From: Candidatus Magasanikiibacteriota bacterium
GTDB lineage: Bacteria > Patescibacteriota > Patescibacteriia > Magasanikbacterales > UBA922
Direction: 5' to 3'
Length of the DNA: 64,000 bases
Assembly (NCBI GenBank): GCA_003482855.1
Contig: DMXO01000005.1
Span: 163,719 to 227,718, forward strand
Shown: piece after piece, positions 18,510-28,223 of the stretch
Layout of the letters: each line of letters starts with the position of its first letter
How positions within the stretch are numbered: the first letter of the stretch is position 1
Program-made: the position numbers and the translations under genes
The notes under the pieces: model-generated
The model's database searches: none
What the model was told of the DNA's origin: nothing
The model's input: the letters and a program-made list of their open reading frames with translations, nothing else

Positions 18510-18597
18510 GTATTGGGTTATAGGTTTTAGGTATTAGATTAATAATGAAAAGACAATTTTTTTAATACCTAAAACCTAATACCTAAAACCTGTTATT
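18507..18597. repeat. Inverted pair of 7-nt-period repeats (TAGGTWT/TAAWACC)
   Basis: Starts at the rfbB stop TAG. Perfect 16-bp inverted core 18521-18536/18563-18578. Ends at the next ATG. Confidence 0.85.
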
Positions 18598-19470
18598 ATG
18601 AAAATACTTATTATCGGTGGTGGATACATCGGTCATCGGTGCCATGATGCATGGTCTGATTCAGTTTTGAGTACTGACCGAATTGAATCAAAAGAAGATA
18701 TGATTAAACTTCTCGACGAGCACAAACCAGATGCGGTGTTGAATGCGGCTGGTGTCCGTGGGAAGCCAAATGTGGATTGGTGTGAGACTCACCAACTTGA
18801 GACAATTCTTGGAAATACCAAGCTCCCTATCATCATTGCCGAAGGATGTCAGGAACGTGGTGTATATTTATTACACATCGGTTCAGGTTGTATTTTTTAT
18901 GGTGATTCAATGCATCCAGACAAAAAGTGGAGAGAGGAAGATATGGGAAATCCAACCGAGGTGACCTATTCACGAACGAAGTGGGCTGCGGATTTAGTTT
19001 TATCGACATTGCCAAATGTGGGAATTGGGAGAATTAGAATGCCCATAGATTATATACCATCTCCCAACAATATGATCGATAAATTGGCAACATTTCAGAA
19101 AGTTGTTGATGTGGAAAATAGTGTGACGATTGTCGACGACATGGTACATGTTTTCAGACAGCTTATGGAAAAGAAAGCTACTGGTATTTTTCATGTTACC
19201 AATCCCGGCACACTCAAACATAAGGAAATTGTTGCGTTGTACGAAGAATTGGTTGATCCGAGTCATACCAATGAGTGGATTTCAAATGAAGATTTGGTCA
19301 AACAGGGTCTGGCAACAAAGGGACGATCAAATAATTTTCTTGCTTCAGAAAATTTGAAAAATATTGGCATAGAAATGCGCGAAGTACATGAAGCGATGAA
19401 GGATACCATGGGGAAATACGCAAAGATGAAAAAAGAAGGCACAAGTAGTGATAAAGTATTAACATGTTGA
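18598..19470 (+). CDS. NDP-4-keto-6-deoxyglucose 3,5-epimerase/4-reductase (NRS/ER-like SDR)
   Basis: GGGYIG, AAGVRGKPNVDWCE, GSGCIF, YSRTK, RIRMPI, TGIFHVTNPG, RSN. Confidence 0.8.
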   Translation: MKILIIGGGYIGHRCHDAWSDSVLSTDRIESKEDMIKLLDEHKPDAVLNAAGVRGKPNVDWCETHQLETILGNTKLPIIIAEGCQERGVYLLHIGSGCIFYGDSMHPDKKWREEDMGNPTEVTYSRTKWAADLVLSTLPNVGIGRIRMPIDYIPSPNNMIDKLATFQKVVDVENSVTIVDDMVHVFRQLMEKKATGIFHVTNPGTLKHKEIVALYEELVDPSHTNEWISNEDLVKQGLATKGRSNNFLASENLKNIGIEMREVHEAMKDTMGKYAKMKKEGTSSDKVLTC

Positions 19471-19472
19471 GT

Positions 19473-19835
19473 ATGGAATTTGAAGAACGGCCATGGGGTT
19501 GGTACAAAGTATTGCTTGATACTCCTACATACAAAGTAAAGGAAATTTTGGTTAAACCAAGGCAACGCCTGAGTTATCAGTTGCACCATAAACGTAGTGA
19601 ACATTGGTATGTAGTACAGGGTGAAGCAACTATGACCTTGAATGACAAAGAAATTTTGTTGAAAAAAGGAGAGTATATTGATATCCCTGTTGAACATAAA
19701 CATCGTGTCGCAAACAGGGGAGATAAAGATATGACTTTTATTGAGGTGCAGACAGGAGAATATTTTGGTGAAGATGATATTGTTCGTTTTGAAGATGACT
19801 ACGGGCGTCAATCGTCTGATCACTTGAACACTTAA
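19473..19835 (+). CDS. Type II phosphomannose-isomerase C-terminal cupin
   Basis: RPWGWY...LSYQLHHKRSEHW...IEVQTGEYFGEDDIVRFEDDYGR. Confidence 0.9.
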   Translation: MEFEERPWGWYKVLLDTPTYKVKEILVKPRQRLSYQLHHKRSEHWYVVQGEATMTLNDKEILLKKGEYIDIPVEHKHRVANRGDKDMTFIEVQTGEYFGEDDIVRFEDDYGRQSSDHLNT

Positions 19836-19841
19836 TCATGT

Positions 19842-20690
19842 ATGGATTTATCAGTTATTACGGTTACGTGGAATGCAAAAGAAAATATTGATGAACAGAT
19901 CAGGTCTGTTTTTTCAGGTTGCAAAAATATAACATGCGAAGAAATTATTTCTGACAATGGTTCAAAAGATGAGACGGTTAATATAATTAGAGAACAATTT
20001 CCTCAGGTAAAGATTATTGAAAATGGTGGAAACCTTGGTTTCGCCAGCGCGAATAACAAAGGTGTTGGTGTGGCTCAAGGAGAATTTTTATTGTTTTTAA
20101 ACCCGGATATGCGCGTGGAAGAGGGAAGCTTGGATATCATGGTTGATTGGATGAGGAAACATCCAGATGTCGGGATCGCGAGTTGTAAGCTTGTGGATCA
20201 GCATGGCCAGTTTAATCCGGAGGCATCTCCTCGTCGATTTCCAAAAGTGTGGGAACAAGTATTGCTTTTGCTCAAAGTACCACATTTTTTGCCTATGTTT
20301 TTGGATAACTATCTCATGAAAGATTTTAATAGGGAAGTTGAACAAGAAGTAGATAGTGTACGTGGTTCATTTATGCTTATGCGTAGAGAATTGGTACAAA
20401 AATTAGGATGGGCGTTTGATCCACGATATTTTTTTTGGTTTGAAGACGTAGATACTTGCCGGGAAGCCAAGCGTCTTGGTTTCAAAGTCATGTATACGCC
20501 TATTATCTCGTGTGTGGATTATGTAGGACAGAGTTTTAAGAAAAGAAAGAGTTACTGGAAACAGAAAAATTTTAGCAAAAGCATGCTCACGTATTTTAAA
20601 AAATGGGAACCAATGCATAAGTGGATATGGATTGCAGTATTTAGACCGGTTGGTATAGTTTTGGCTTTCTTGGTTGATTTGTTTGTATAA
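19842..20690 (+). CDS. Glycosyltransferase family 2 (rhamnosyltransferase-like)
   Basis: DNGSKD, NLGFASANN, FLNPD, FFWFEDVD. Confidence 0.9.
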   Translation: MDLSVITVTWNAKENIDEQIRSVFSGCKNITCEEIISDNGSKDETVNIIREQFPQVKIIENGGNLGFASANNKGVGVAQGEFLLFLNPDMRVEEGSLDIMVDWMRKHPDVGIASCKLVDQHGQFNPEASPRRFPKVWEQVLLLLKVPHFLPMFLDNYLMKDFNREVEQEVDSVRGSFMLMRRELVQKLGWAFDPRYFFWFEDVDTCREAKRLGFKVMYTPIISCVDYVGQSFKKRKSYWKQKNFSKSMLTYFKKWEPMHKWIWIAVFRPVGIVLAFLVDLFV

Positions 20691-20718
20691 TTTATTTGTA
20701 TTTTTTTGGATAATTTTT

Positions 20719-21783
20719 ATGAAGCTGAGTGTACATCTCGTCACTTGGAACGGAGCAAAGTATATTCCGTATCTTTTCGATTCATTAAAAAAACAGACTT
20801 TTAAGGATTGGAAATTAATTATTTTAGATAATGGATCAACAGACGACACCGTGGGGAACATGAAAAAAGAATTACTTGATTTTCCAGTTGAATATGAATT
20901 GGTTGAAGGAAAAGAAAATTTGGGTTTTGCAGGAGGTCATAATCTTTTGTTCAAAACTAATAACCTAAAACCTAATATCTATAACCTGTTATTGAATCAA
21001 GACATGTATTTAATGCCGGATTGTCTTGGAAAAATGGTGAAGTTTATGGATGAGCCCGGGCATGAACATGTTGCATCAGTGAGTCCGAGGTTGATGAGGT
21101 GGAACTTCGAAAAATGCAGAATTGGCGAATCTTTAAGCAATAAAATAGATAGTTTAGGCTTGAAAGTGTTTAGAAATAGACGTGTTATTGAGAAATACAC
21201 AGGAAAAGAATGGGATGATAAAAAATCGAAATTGGAATTATCATTTCGTACACATGGTGAAGCTATGGAGGTATTTGGTGTCTCAGGAGCATTTCCTATG
21301 TATCGACGTACAGCGCTAGAGGTTGTTGCATTTACTGATGGAACTTTTCTTGATGAATCGTATCATTCATACAAAGAAGATGTTGACTTGGCATTTCGTC
21401 TACGCTCTGCAGGATTTACATCGTTTGTATTGTTGGATACAGTTGCTTACCACGATCGTTCAGCTGCAGGTCCAGAAGAAATGGGTGATAGTAAAGCTTT
21501 AGAAAATAAGAAGAAACAAAGCGATTGGGTAAAATATCATAGCTATAAAAATCACATCATGACGATTTACAAAAATGAGTATTGGCAAAATTGGTTGCTT
21601 GACGCAGTATTCATAAAATGGTATGAACTAAAGAAATTTATTTATTTTTTGTTGTTTGATAGAAGTGTTTTGAAAGGGTTGGGGGAGATATGGCAGTTGC
21701 GTAAAGATCTGAAGACAAAAAGATTAAAGATCAAACAACTGAGAAAAATTAGTTGGAAAGAGATGAGACAGTGGTGGAAGTAA
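20719..21783 (+). CDS. Glycosyltransferase family 2
   Basis: VTWNG, DNGSTD, NLGFAGGHN, LLNQD, YKEDVDLAFR. Confidence 0.9.
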   Translation: MKLSVHLVTWNGAKYIPYLFDSLKKQTFKDWKLIILDNGSTDDTVGNMKKELLDFPVEYELVEGKENLGFAGGHNLLFKTNNLKPNIYNLLLNQDMYLMPDCLGKMVKFMDEPGHEHVASVSPRLMRWNFEKCRIGESLSNKIDSLGLKVFRNRRVIEKYTGKEWDDKKSKLELSFRTHGEAMEVFGVSGAFPMYRRTALEVVAFTDGTFLDESYHSYKEDVDLAFRLRSAGFTSFVLLDTVAYHDRSAAGPEEMGDSKALENKKKQSDWVKYHSYKNHIMTIYKNEYWQNWLLDAVFIKWYELKKFIYFLLFDRSVLKGLGEIWQLRKDLKTKRLKIKQLRKISWKEMRQWWK

Positions 21784-21823
21784 TTTTTATGTAGTGTGTA
21801 ACATATAACTTATAACATCTTTT

Positions 21824-22309
21824 ATGACATTGACTTTTGAAACAGAACATTTTATTGTCAAACCGCATCCAAAGCCATTTCTGCCACGGCTTGAAGGTGG
21901 ACATTTGCGGATTGAAATAAAAGATACATCTATTGAGGATAGGACAGAGCTTGTTCCAGAGGTCGCTATTGAGTTTATGCGTCTTACTATGGTAGTAGGT
22001 AAAGCATTTCCCATTGCTATGAAACGACGTGGTATTGATATTATAAAATTGAATTATCAAGACATGGGTAATTGGGCATTTAAAGAAGGAAAGCGACCTT
22101 GTCTGCATCTTCATATTTTTGGTAGAACTGCAAATGCAGTCAAACAACCATGGCCAGAAAGTATGTATTTACCAGATAGAGGGACTGGATTTTATGAAGG
22201 CTTTGATCCTCTTACTGATGAAGATATGTCAGAAATTATAAAAGAGATAGAAAGAATTTTTAAGGAAGAAAAGTATAAGGATGAAAGATGGTTTTGTAAA
22301 TCTGTGTAA
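21824..22309 (+). CDS. HIT-like family protein
   Basis: EGGHL, NYQDMGNW, PCLHLHIFGR. Confidence 0.7.
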   Translation: MTLTFETEHFIVKPHPKPFLPRLEGGHLRIEIKDTSIEDRTELVPEVAIEFMRLTMVVGKAFPIAMKRRGIDIIKLNYQDMGNWAFKEGKRPCLHLHIFGRTANAVKQPWPESMYLPDRGTGFYEGFDPLTDEDMSEIIKEIERIFKEEKYKDERWFCKSV

Positions 22310-22355
22310 TCCCGGCCCGAGGCGGGCTGGCATCATAGTCAGTGAAATCAATGTT

Positions 22356-23198
22356 ATGAAAGACATCAATATCGTACTTCTTAATTACAAATGTAAAGAC
22401 GACATCGTACGCGCGGTGGAGTCTTTGGTTACAGATATTGCTGATTGTCCATATGATGTACAAATAACAGTTGCTGATAATTCACAGAACTGCGATGGAA
22501 TGAAAGAGGCACTAGTGCGTTTTCCAGGAGTTTTATATATCGATTCTGGTGGGAATGTTGGTTTTGGTAAAGGCAATGTCATGGGATTTAAAGCTTCTAA
22601 AGCTCGTTATTATTTCGCTTTGAATCGCGACACTGTTATACCTGAGAATTCAAAAACAGTAGAACGTATTATCAATTTTATGGACACTCATCCTAGAATT
22701 GGATGCATAGGACCAAAATTGCAGAATATGGATGGATCACTTCAGTATTCGTGCTATCGGTTTGATTTACCTTCTATTCTTATCAAGCCATTGAAACAAA
22801 TTAATTTTGATCAAAAGTATACGTGGGTTCGGAAACACGCGGATAAACTTATTATGAAAGATTTTGATCATAATGAAACACGACCTGTGGACTGGGTGCT
22901 TGGTGCAGCTATGGTCGTGAGAAAGGAAGTGGTAGAAGAAATAGGCTGGTTTGATGATCGTTATTTTATGTATTTGGAAGATGCAGATTGGTGTCATCGC
23001 ATGTGGGAAGCGGGCTGGCCAGTGTATTATGTTCATGATATAGTAATAAAACATGTTCATGCGCGAGATTCTGCAAAAGTGCCAGGTATTTTCAAAGCAT
23101 TATTCAAAAATAAGCTTGCGCGTATCCATGCCAGAAGTTGGTTCCAGTATTTATTGAAGTGGAGAGGGAATCACCGTTTTTATAAAAGTAAAATATAA
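22356..23198 (+). CDS. Glycosyltransferase family 2 (rhamnosyltransferase-like)
   Basis: NVGFGKGN, LNRD, VDWVLGAA, FDDRYFMYLEDADWC. Confidence 0.9.
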   Translation: MKDINIVLLNYKCKDDIVRAVESLVTDIADCPYDVQITVADNSQNCDGMKEALVRFPGVLYIDSGGNVGFGKGNVMGFKASKARYYFALNRDTVIPENSKTVERIINFMDTHPRIGCIGPKLQNMDGSLQYSCYRFDLPSILIKPLKQINFDQKYTWVRKHADKLIMKDFDHNETRPVDWVLGAAMVVRKEVVEEIGWFDDRYFMYLEDADWCHRMWEAGWPVYYVHDIVIKHVHARDSAKVPGIFKALFKNKLARIHARSWFQYLLKWRGNHRFYKSKI

Positions 23199-23236
23199 AT
23201 TTTTGAAATTTAAAATTCAAAATTTGAAATTAATGT

Positions 23237-24337
23237 ATGAATTCATTTCCTAAAATAGCAATTGTTTACCTTTCGTTTCATTGCGAGCCATATATTGATG
23301 ATGTTGTTTCAGCGCTCAAGAAAGTGACATATCCAAAGGATAAATTGGAATTTATTATTGTGGATAACCCTCATCCAGAGCATGGGCATTCAGTGAGATA
23401 TATAGAAGAACGTGTCATGCCTTTGTCAGGCAAAGAAATCCCACATACCACACTTCTTCCTCAGAAAGAAAATTTAGGATTTGCAGGCGGAAATAACGCA
23501 GGAGTGGACTGGGCGCTTGAACATGGCTTTGAATATGTGTTTTTTCACAATAATGACGGTTTTGTTGCGTCAAATGCATTTGAGCCACTTGTCGAAGCAA
23601 TGGAAAATGACAAAGAAATTGGCCTTGCTCAGTCGCTCATGCTACTTCATCCTGAAACAGAACTTTTGAATAGTGCAGGGAATTCTATGCATTATCTTGG
23701 TTTTGGTTATTGTGATCAGTACCGTACAAAAATAAAGGAACTGGATTTACCATCTGTAAAGGAAGTGTCATACGCAAGTGGCGCTGCCCTTATGGTTCGG
23801 AGCGAACTTATTAGAAAATTTGGTTCATGGGATCATGATTTCTTTTTGTATCATGAAGATCTTGAGTGGTCATTTCGATTGCGTGCTGCAGGCTACAAGA
23901 TTGCGCTTGTGTCGGATTCTATTTTTTACCACAAATATCAATTTAGTCGCAGTATTTCCAAGTTTTATTGGATGGAGCGAAATAGATATGGTGTCATGCT
24001 TATGTTTTTTCGTTGGCCTACGTTATTACTTTTATTGCCTATGGGATTGGTACTCGAGGTTGGTTTGTGGTTTTTTGCGTGGCGAGGCAAGTGGATTGAT
24101 AAACGTTTTGAGGTATATAAATATTGGTTGCAAAAGAAGCATTGGAAATTGTGGCTTGAAAAACGAAAGAAAATTCAGCATATACGCAAGGTGAGTGACC
24201 GATATTTGCTTTCATTTACCGTGCCTGGTGTATATTTTCAAGAGAAAGCAATGGAAAATCCTATACTTAAATATATTGGCAATCCCATTATGACATTATA
24301 TTATTGGGTGGTTGTTAAGGGATTAATTTGGTGGTGA
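23237..24337 (+). CDS. Glycosyltransferase family 2
   Basis: IVDN, NLGFAGGNN, NND, SGAALM, FFLYHEDLEWS. Confidence 0.9.
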   Translation: MNSFPKIAIVYLSFHCEPYIDDVVSALKKVTYPKDKLEFIIVDNPHPEHGHSVRYIEERVMPLSGKEIPHTTLLPQKENLGFAGGNNAGVDWALEHGFEYVFFHNNDGFVASNAFEPLVEAMENDKEIGLAQSLMLLHPETELLNSAGNSMHYLGFGYCDQYRTKIKELDLPSVKEVSYASGAALMVRSELIRKFGSWDHDFFLYHEDLEWSFRLRAAGYKIALVSDSIFYHKYQFSRSISKFYWMERNRYGVMLMFFRWPTLLLLLPMGLVLEVGLWFFAWRGKWIDKRFEVYKYWLQKKHWKLWLEKRKKIQHIRKVSDRYLLSFTVPGVYFQEKAMENPILKYIGNPIMTLYYWVVVKGLIWW

Positions 24338-24342
24338 TCACC

Positions 24343-24411
24343 CATGACATATCTCACAGATAACATAACTCAAATATAATTGTGTCATGTGTTATCTGAG
24401 ATATGAGTTAT
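24343..24411. repeat. Inverted pair of ~7-nt-period repeats (ATAACWC-like)
   Basis: CATGACA TATCTCA CAGATAA CATAACT CA / TGTGTCA TGTGTTA TC TGAGATA TGAGTTA. Confidence 0.65.
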
Positions 24412-24428
24412 ATTTTTGAAGTCAGTCT

Positions 24429-25514
24429 ATGCATATCAAAAAAGCAATATTGACCGGCGGAGGACGTGCAACACGATTGCACCCGATCACGACAACAATC
24501 AATAAACATGTATTACCGCTTGCAAATAAGCCTATGATTTTTCATGCTATAGAAAAAGCGGTAAAGGCTGGGATCAAGGAAATTTTTATCAATACAAACC
24601 CTGGAGAGACTGAATTGCAACAGTATATTGGTGATGGGGGACATTGGGGCATAGATATTACTTTTTTTGAACAGACGGGCGGTCCTCAAGGTATTGCTCA
24701 CGTGGTCAAAGAGGCAGAGAAGTTTATTGGCCACGATCCTTTCATGTTTTATTTGTCAGACAATATATTACTCGGAGGCTTAAATGAGTTGTTTGATGAA
24801 TTTAGTGCGGGCAAATATGATTGTATGCTTGCTTTGTCAGAAGTAAATGATCCAGAACGATTTGGCGTCCCTGTATTTGATACACAACATAATCTCATTG
24901 ACGTGTTGGAAAAGCCACAAAATCCTCCAAATAATTTTGCAGTCACGGGTATATATCTTTATGGACCGCGTGTATTTTTTGAAGCATTTGATCACATAGA
25001 AAAATCAACACGTGGAGAATACGAAATCTCAAGTATTCATTCGTATCTACTGAAGACTGGCAAAAAAGTTGGCGCCAAAGAAATCACCGGTTGGTGGAAA
25101 GACACGGGGAAAATAGAGGATTTGCTTATTGCCAATCGTCTATTGCTTGAAAAGATGGATACAGCTGATTTTCCTAATCATGGCATTGTAGAAGAGGGGG
25201 CGCGTATCCATGGTAATGTTCACATTGGGCTTGGCTCTCGTATAGCCGGAGATGTCACACTTAATGGACCTCTTATTATTGGTGAAAATTGTATTATGAA
25301 ACAGTGTACTGTTGGTCCATGTGTTGCCATAGGTTCTGGGTGCGAGGTTATTGGGGCTCATGTTGAAGACAGTATCATTCTCGACAATACAGAGATTAAT
25401 GCTGATTTGTTTATTCGTAATAGTATTCTAGGGAAAAATGTGAAAATAATTAAAAAATCATCCACTGAAGGACGATCTATAATTGTTGGTGACAAGTCAG
25501 TAATAGAACTCTAA
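24429..25514 (+). CDS. Glucose-1-phosphate thymidylyltransferase (long form with beta-helix)
   Basis: GGRATRLHPIT...KHVLPLANKPM, EKPQNP, RGEYEI, WWKDTG and a hexapeptide-repeat tail. Confidence 0.9.
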   Translation: MHIKKAILTGGGRATRLHPITTTINKHVLPLANKPMIFHAIEKAVKAGIKEIFINTNPGETELQQYIGDGGHWGIDITFFEQTGGPQGIAHVVKEAEKFIGHDPFMFYLSDNILLGGLNELFDEFSAGKYDCMLALSEVNDPERFGVPVFDTQHNLIDVLEKPQNPPNNFAVTGIYLYGPRVFFEAFDHIEKSTRGEYEISSIHSYLLKTGKKVGAKEITGWWKDTGKIEDLLIANRLLLEKMDTADFPNHGIVEEGARIHGNVHIGLGSRIAGDVTLNGPLIIGENCIMKQCTVGPCVAIGSGCEVIGAHVEDSIILDNTEINADLFIRNSILGKNVKIIKKSSTEGRSIIVGDKSVIEL

Positions 25515-26851
25515 TAACGCAATGAATATAACGCGTAGCCTTCAGTATCATGAGGACTCAAAAATAGGAGTTCTCTTTTTTTAATTAATGCTATAGTATC
25601 TTCTATGTTTGGTTCATTGAGGAGTTCATGTCCTACATAATAACCTGGATTGAAAGATTTGAGACCCTGGTTAGTCACAAAAAGTATGACACCTTCTCTA
25701 TCAAGAAGGAGAGCATTTTTTATATTATCCCCGCTTCGGCTGAGTAGGTTCACTCCACCATCTTCGTAGATGCTTGAAAGTTCCCAATTTGTTGCAACCC
25801 ACCATTCACGTGTTTCGTGATGATTATATATTGGATTTCCTGAAATAAGCTGTCTATCATACAAACCCTGGTTATTATACTTGGCAACAAGTGTTCTGTT
25901 GTCAATAAGTTTAAGTATAATTCTATTTTTATTTATATCAATAATTTGTTGTACAGGTTCATCTATATAAAATGAGTTGTTGCTATTCATCTGCGAAAGA
26001 GTATTGTTTTCTATTGTCCACAAAGCATTGTCGGCATCAATATACCAGAGTGTTGAAGTTGATTGTGCTGCATCTGTCTTTGAACCAGCGAGTTCTATGC
26101 GCATGATATGATTGTTCTCTTGAGTATAGAGTGGCTGTGATATATCTACATTGTTCCATTGATGTACTATGGATGTAGGTGAAGTGATTCCGATGGTTTT
26201 TAAATCCTGAGGATTATCCAGTGATATAATATAGCCTGTATGTGCGTTATTTTCTTGTGTTTCAATATACACGATATCAAAAAAGGGTGATACTTCTATA
26301 TATGGTTCTACAGTCGTGCGCATGATTGGGGTGAGTGAATGCAGTACGCTATCAAATGCCAATATTTCAAATAGAGCATCATGTTGCGAGAGAATGATAA
26401 CTGTTTGACTTTCTTCGGTGCCGTAGATGTGGAGTATACCTGTAGTATCAAGTGCTATACGCTGGGGGACAGCGTCTTGTATGAGTGTGATATCTTTTAT
26501 ATATGTTGTTTGGTTGCTTGATATAGTGATATCTTTTTCCCATGATTTGTAGCCCTCCCTCTGTATGCTGAGACGGTAAGTACCGGGGGCTCGATCAGCG
26601 ATACGGATAGGGATTTTTTTATCGATTTTTATATTATTGAGATATACTGTCGCATCTGTTGGTTTTATATCTACACTCAAGACGCCTTTCTGTTTTATTT
26701 TGTGTTGAGTTATGTCATAGCGATAGCCCGCTGTGTACAATATAATAAGTGGCGACATGACAAAAAAAGATAGGAATAGTAACCCCATGATTATGCGACG
26801 TATGCGTCGTGTGAGCCTATGTTGTATCAGTTTTGTATGATTTTTATCCAT
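25511..26851 (-). CDS. PEGA-domain membrane-anchored protein
   Basis: TM helix, YTAGYRYD, then PEGA-like PTDATVYLN...PGTYRLSIQREGYKSWEK. Confidence 0.75.
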   Translation of the reverse strand: MDKNHTKLIQHRLTRRIRRIIMGLLFLSFFVMSPLIILYTAGYRYDITQHKIKQKGVLSVDIKPTDATVYLNNIKIDKKIPIRIADRAPGTYRLSIQREGYKSWEKDITISSNQTTYIKDITLIQDAVPQRIALDTTGILHIYGTEESQTVIILSQHDALFEILAFDSVLHSLTPIMRTTVEPYIEVSPFFDIVYIETQENNAHTGYIISLDNPQDLKTIGITSPTSIVHQWNNVDISQPLYTQENNHIMRIELAGSKTDAAQSTSTLWYIDADNALWTIENNTLSQMNSNNSFYIDEPVQQIIDINKNRIILKLIDNRTLVAKYNNQGLYDRQLISGNPIYNHHETREWWVATNWELSSIYEDGGVNLLSRSGDNIKNALLLDREGVILFVTNQGLKSFNPGYYVGHELLNEPNIEDTIALIKKRELLFLSPHDTEGYALYSLRY

Positions 26852-26915
26852 AGTTGCTATTCTGCTTTTTTTGCGTTATAATCATAACGTATTTTACACA
26901 CAAAATCAATTCCTT

Positions 26916-28217
26916 ATGGCAAAGTTTATTATCGAAGGGGGCAAGCGCCTCAGTGGTTCGGTAGATGTAAGCACATCAAAAAATTCGGCTGTTGCTCTCT
27001 TGTGCGCGTCGCTTATGATACACGGCAAGGTTACCTTGCTTGATATGCCCCGTATTGAAGAAGTTTTTCGTATTTTAGAAATTTTGGAAAGTATAGGCGT
27101 GGTGGTGGCATGGTTGGATGATCATACATTGCATCTGGATACGTCCCACCCATTGGACATGAGTACTATACATCGCAAGGCGTGTGAAGTAACACGATCT
27201 TCATTGCTTTTGCTTGGCGCGCTTGCTGCTCGTGAGAAGACATACAAAATCTATAAATCAGGTGGTTGTCGACTTGGAGAGCGCACGGTCAAGCCCCATC
27301 TATTTGCACTTGAGAAATTTGGTGTGCACGTCGTATCAAATGCAAAATACTATGAAGTAACTAATCGTACACTCAAAGCGCGTGATATTGTCATGTATGA
27401 ATCTGGTGACACACCAACAGAAAATGCAATCATGGCTGCTGTGCTTGCTCCTGGGGTCACCACGATCAAATTTGCTTCATCAAATTATATGGTGCAGGAT
27501 CTGTGTTATTTTTTGCAGGCAGCAGGCGCACATGTTGAGGGGATAGGGACAACGACACTTACTATCAAGGGTACTAAAAAGTTACATAGTGTTTCTGCGT
27601 ATCCAGTAATGCCAGATCCTATTGTCGCGATGAGTCTCATTGCACTTGGTGTCACGACGAAGTCACCCATTACCGTTAGACAATGTCCATTGGATTTTCT
27701 TGAGCTTGAATTAGAAAAATTGTCAGTCATGGGGCAACAATTTAGCCTCAAAAATAAAAGGGTGTCCAAGAATGGTAAATTTACTATCGTAGATGTCGTT
27801 TTGAAACCTTCCCATCTTGTCGCGTTACCTGACAAAGTATATGGGAGACCTTTCCCCGGACTCAATATAGACAATCTACCCTTTTTCGTTCCCATGCTTA
27901 CACAGGCAAAAGGACGGACACTTGTGCATGATTGGGTATATGAGAATCGCGCTATTTATTATCTTGAATTACAAAAATTAGGAGCTCAGATTACACTACT
28001 CGACCCCCATAGAGTATTTGTCGAGGGACCTACAAAGCTCAAGGCAAATGAACTCATGTGCCCGCCAGCTATTCGTCCAGCAGTGGCAGTGCTTATCGCT
28101 ATGCTTGCGGCAAAAGGCACATCTGTGTTGCGAAATTCTTATCCTATAGAGCGCGGATATGAAGATCTCACAAGTAAATTGATTTCTATTGGAGCTTCTA
28201 TCACTCGTGTAGAATAA
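26916..28217 (+). CDS. murA: UDP-N-acetylglucosamine 1-carboxyvinyltransferase
   Basis: SKNSA, GGCRLGER, TENAIMAA, PFPG, VYENR, IERGYE. Confidence 0.9.
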   Translation: MAKFIIEGGKRLSGSVDVSTSKNSAVALLCASLMIHGKVTLLDMPRIEEVFRILEILESIGVVVAWLDDHTLHLDTSHPLDMSTIHRKACEVTRSSLLLLGALAAREKTYKIYKSGGCRLGERTVKPHLFALEKFGVHVVSNAKYYEVTNRTLKARDIVMYESGDTPTENAIMAAVLAPGVTTIKFASSNYMVQDLCYFLQAAGAHVEGIGTTTLTIKGTKKLHSVSAYPVMPDPIVAMSLIALGVTTKSPITVRQCPLDFLELELEKLSVMGQQFSLKNKRVSKNGKFTIVDVVLKPSHLVALPDKVYGRPFPGLNIDNLPFFVPMLTQAKGRTLVHDWVYENRAIYYLELQKLGAQITLLDPHRVFVEGPTKLKANELMCPPAIRPAVAVLIAMLAAKGTSVLRNSYPIERGYEDLTSKLISIGASITRVE

Positions 28218-28223
28218 CTACAT

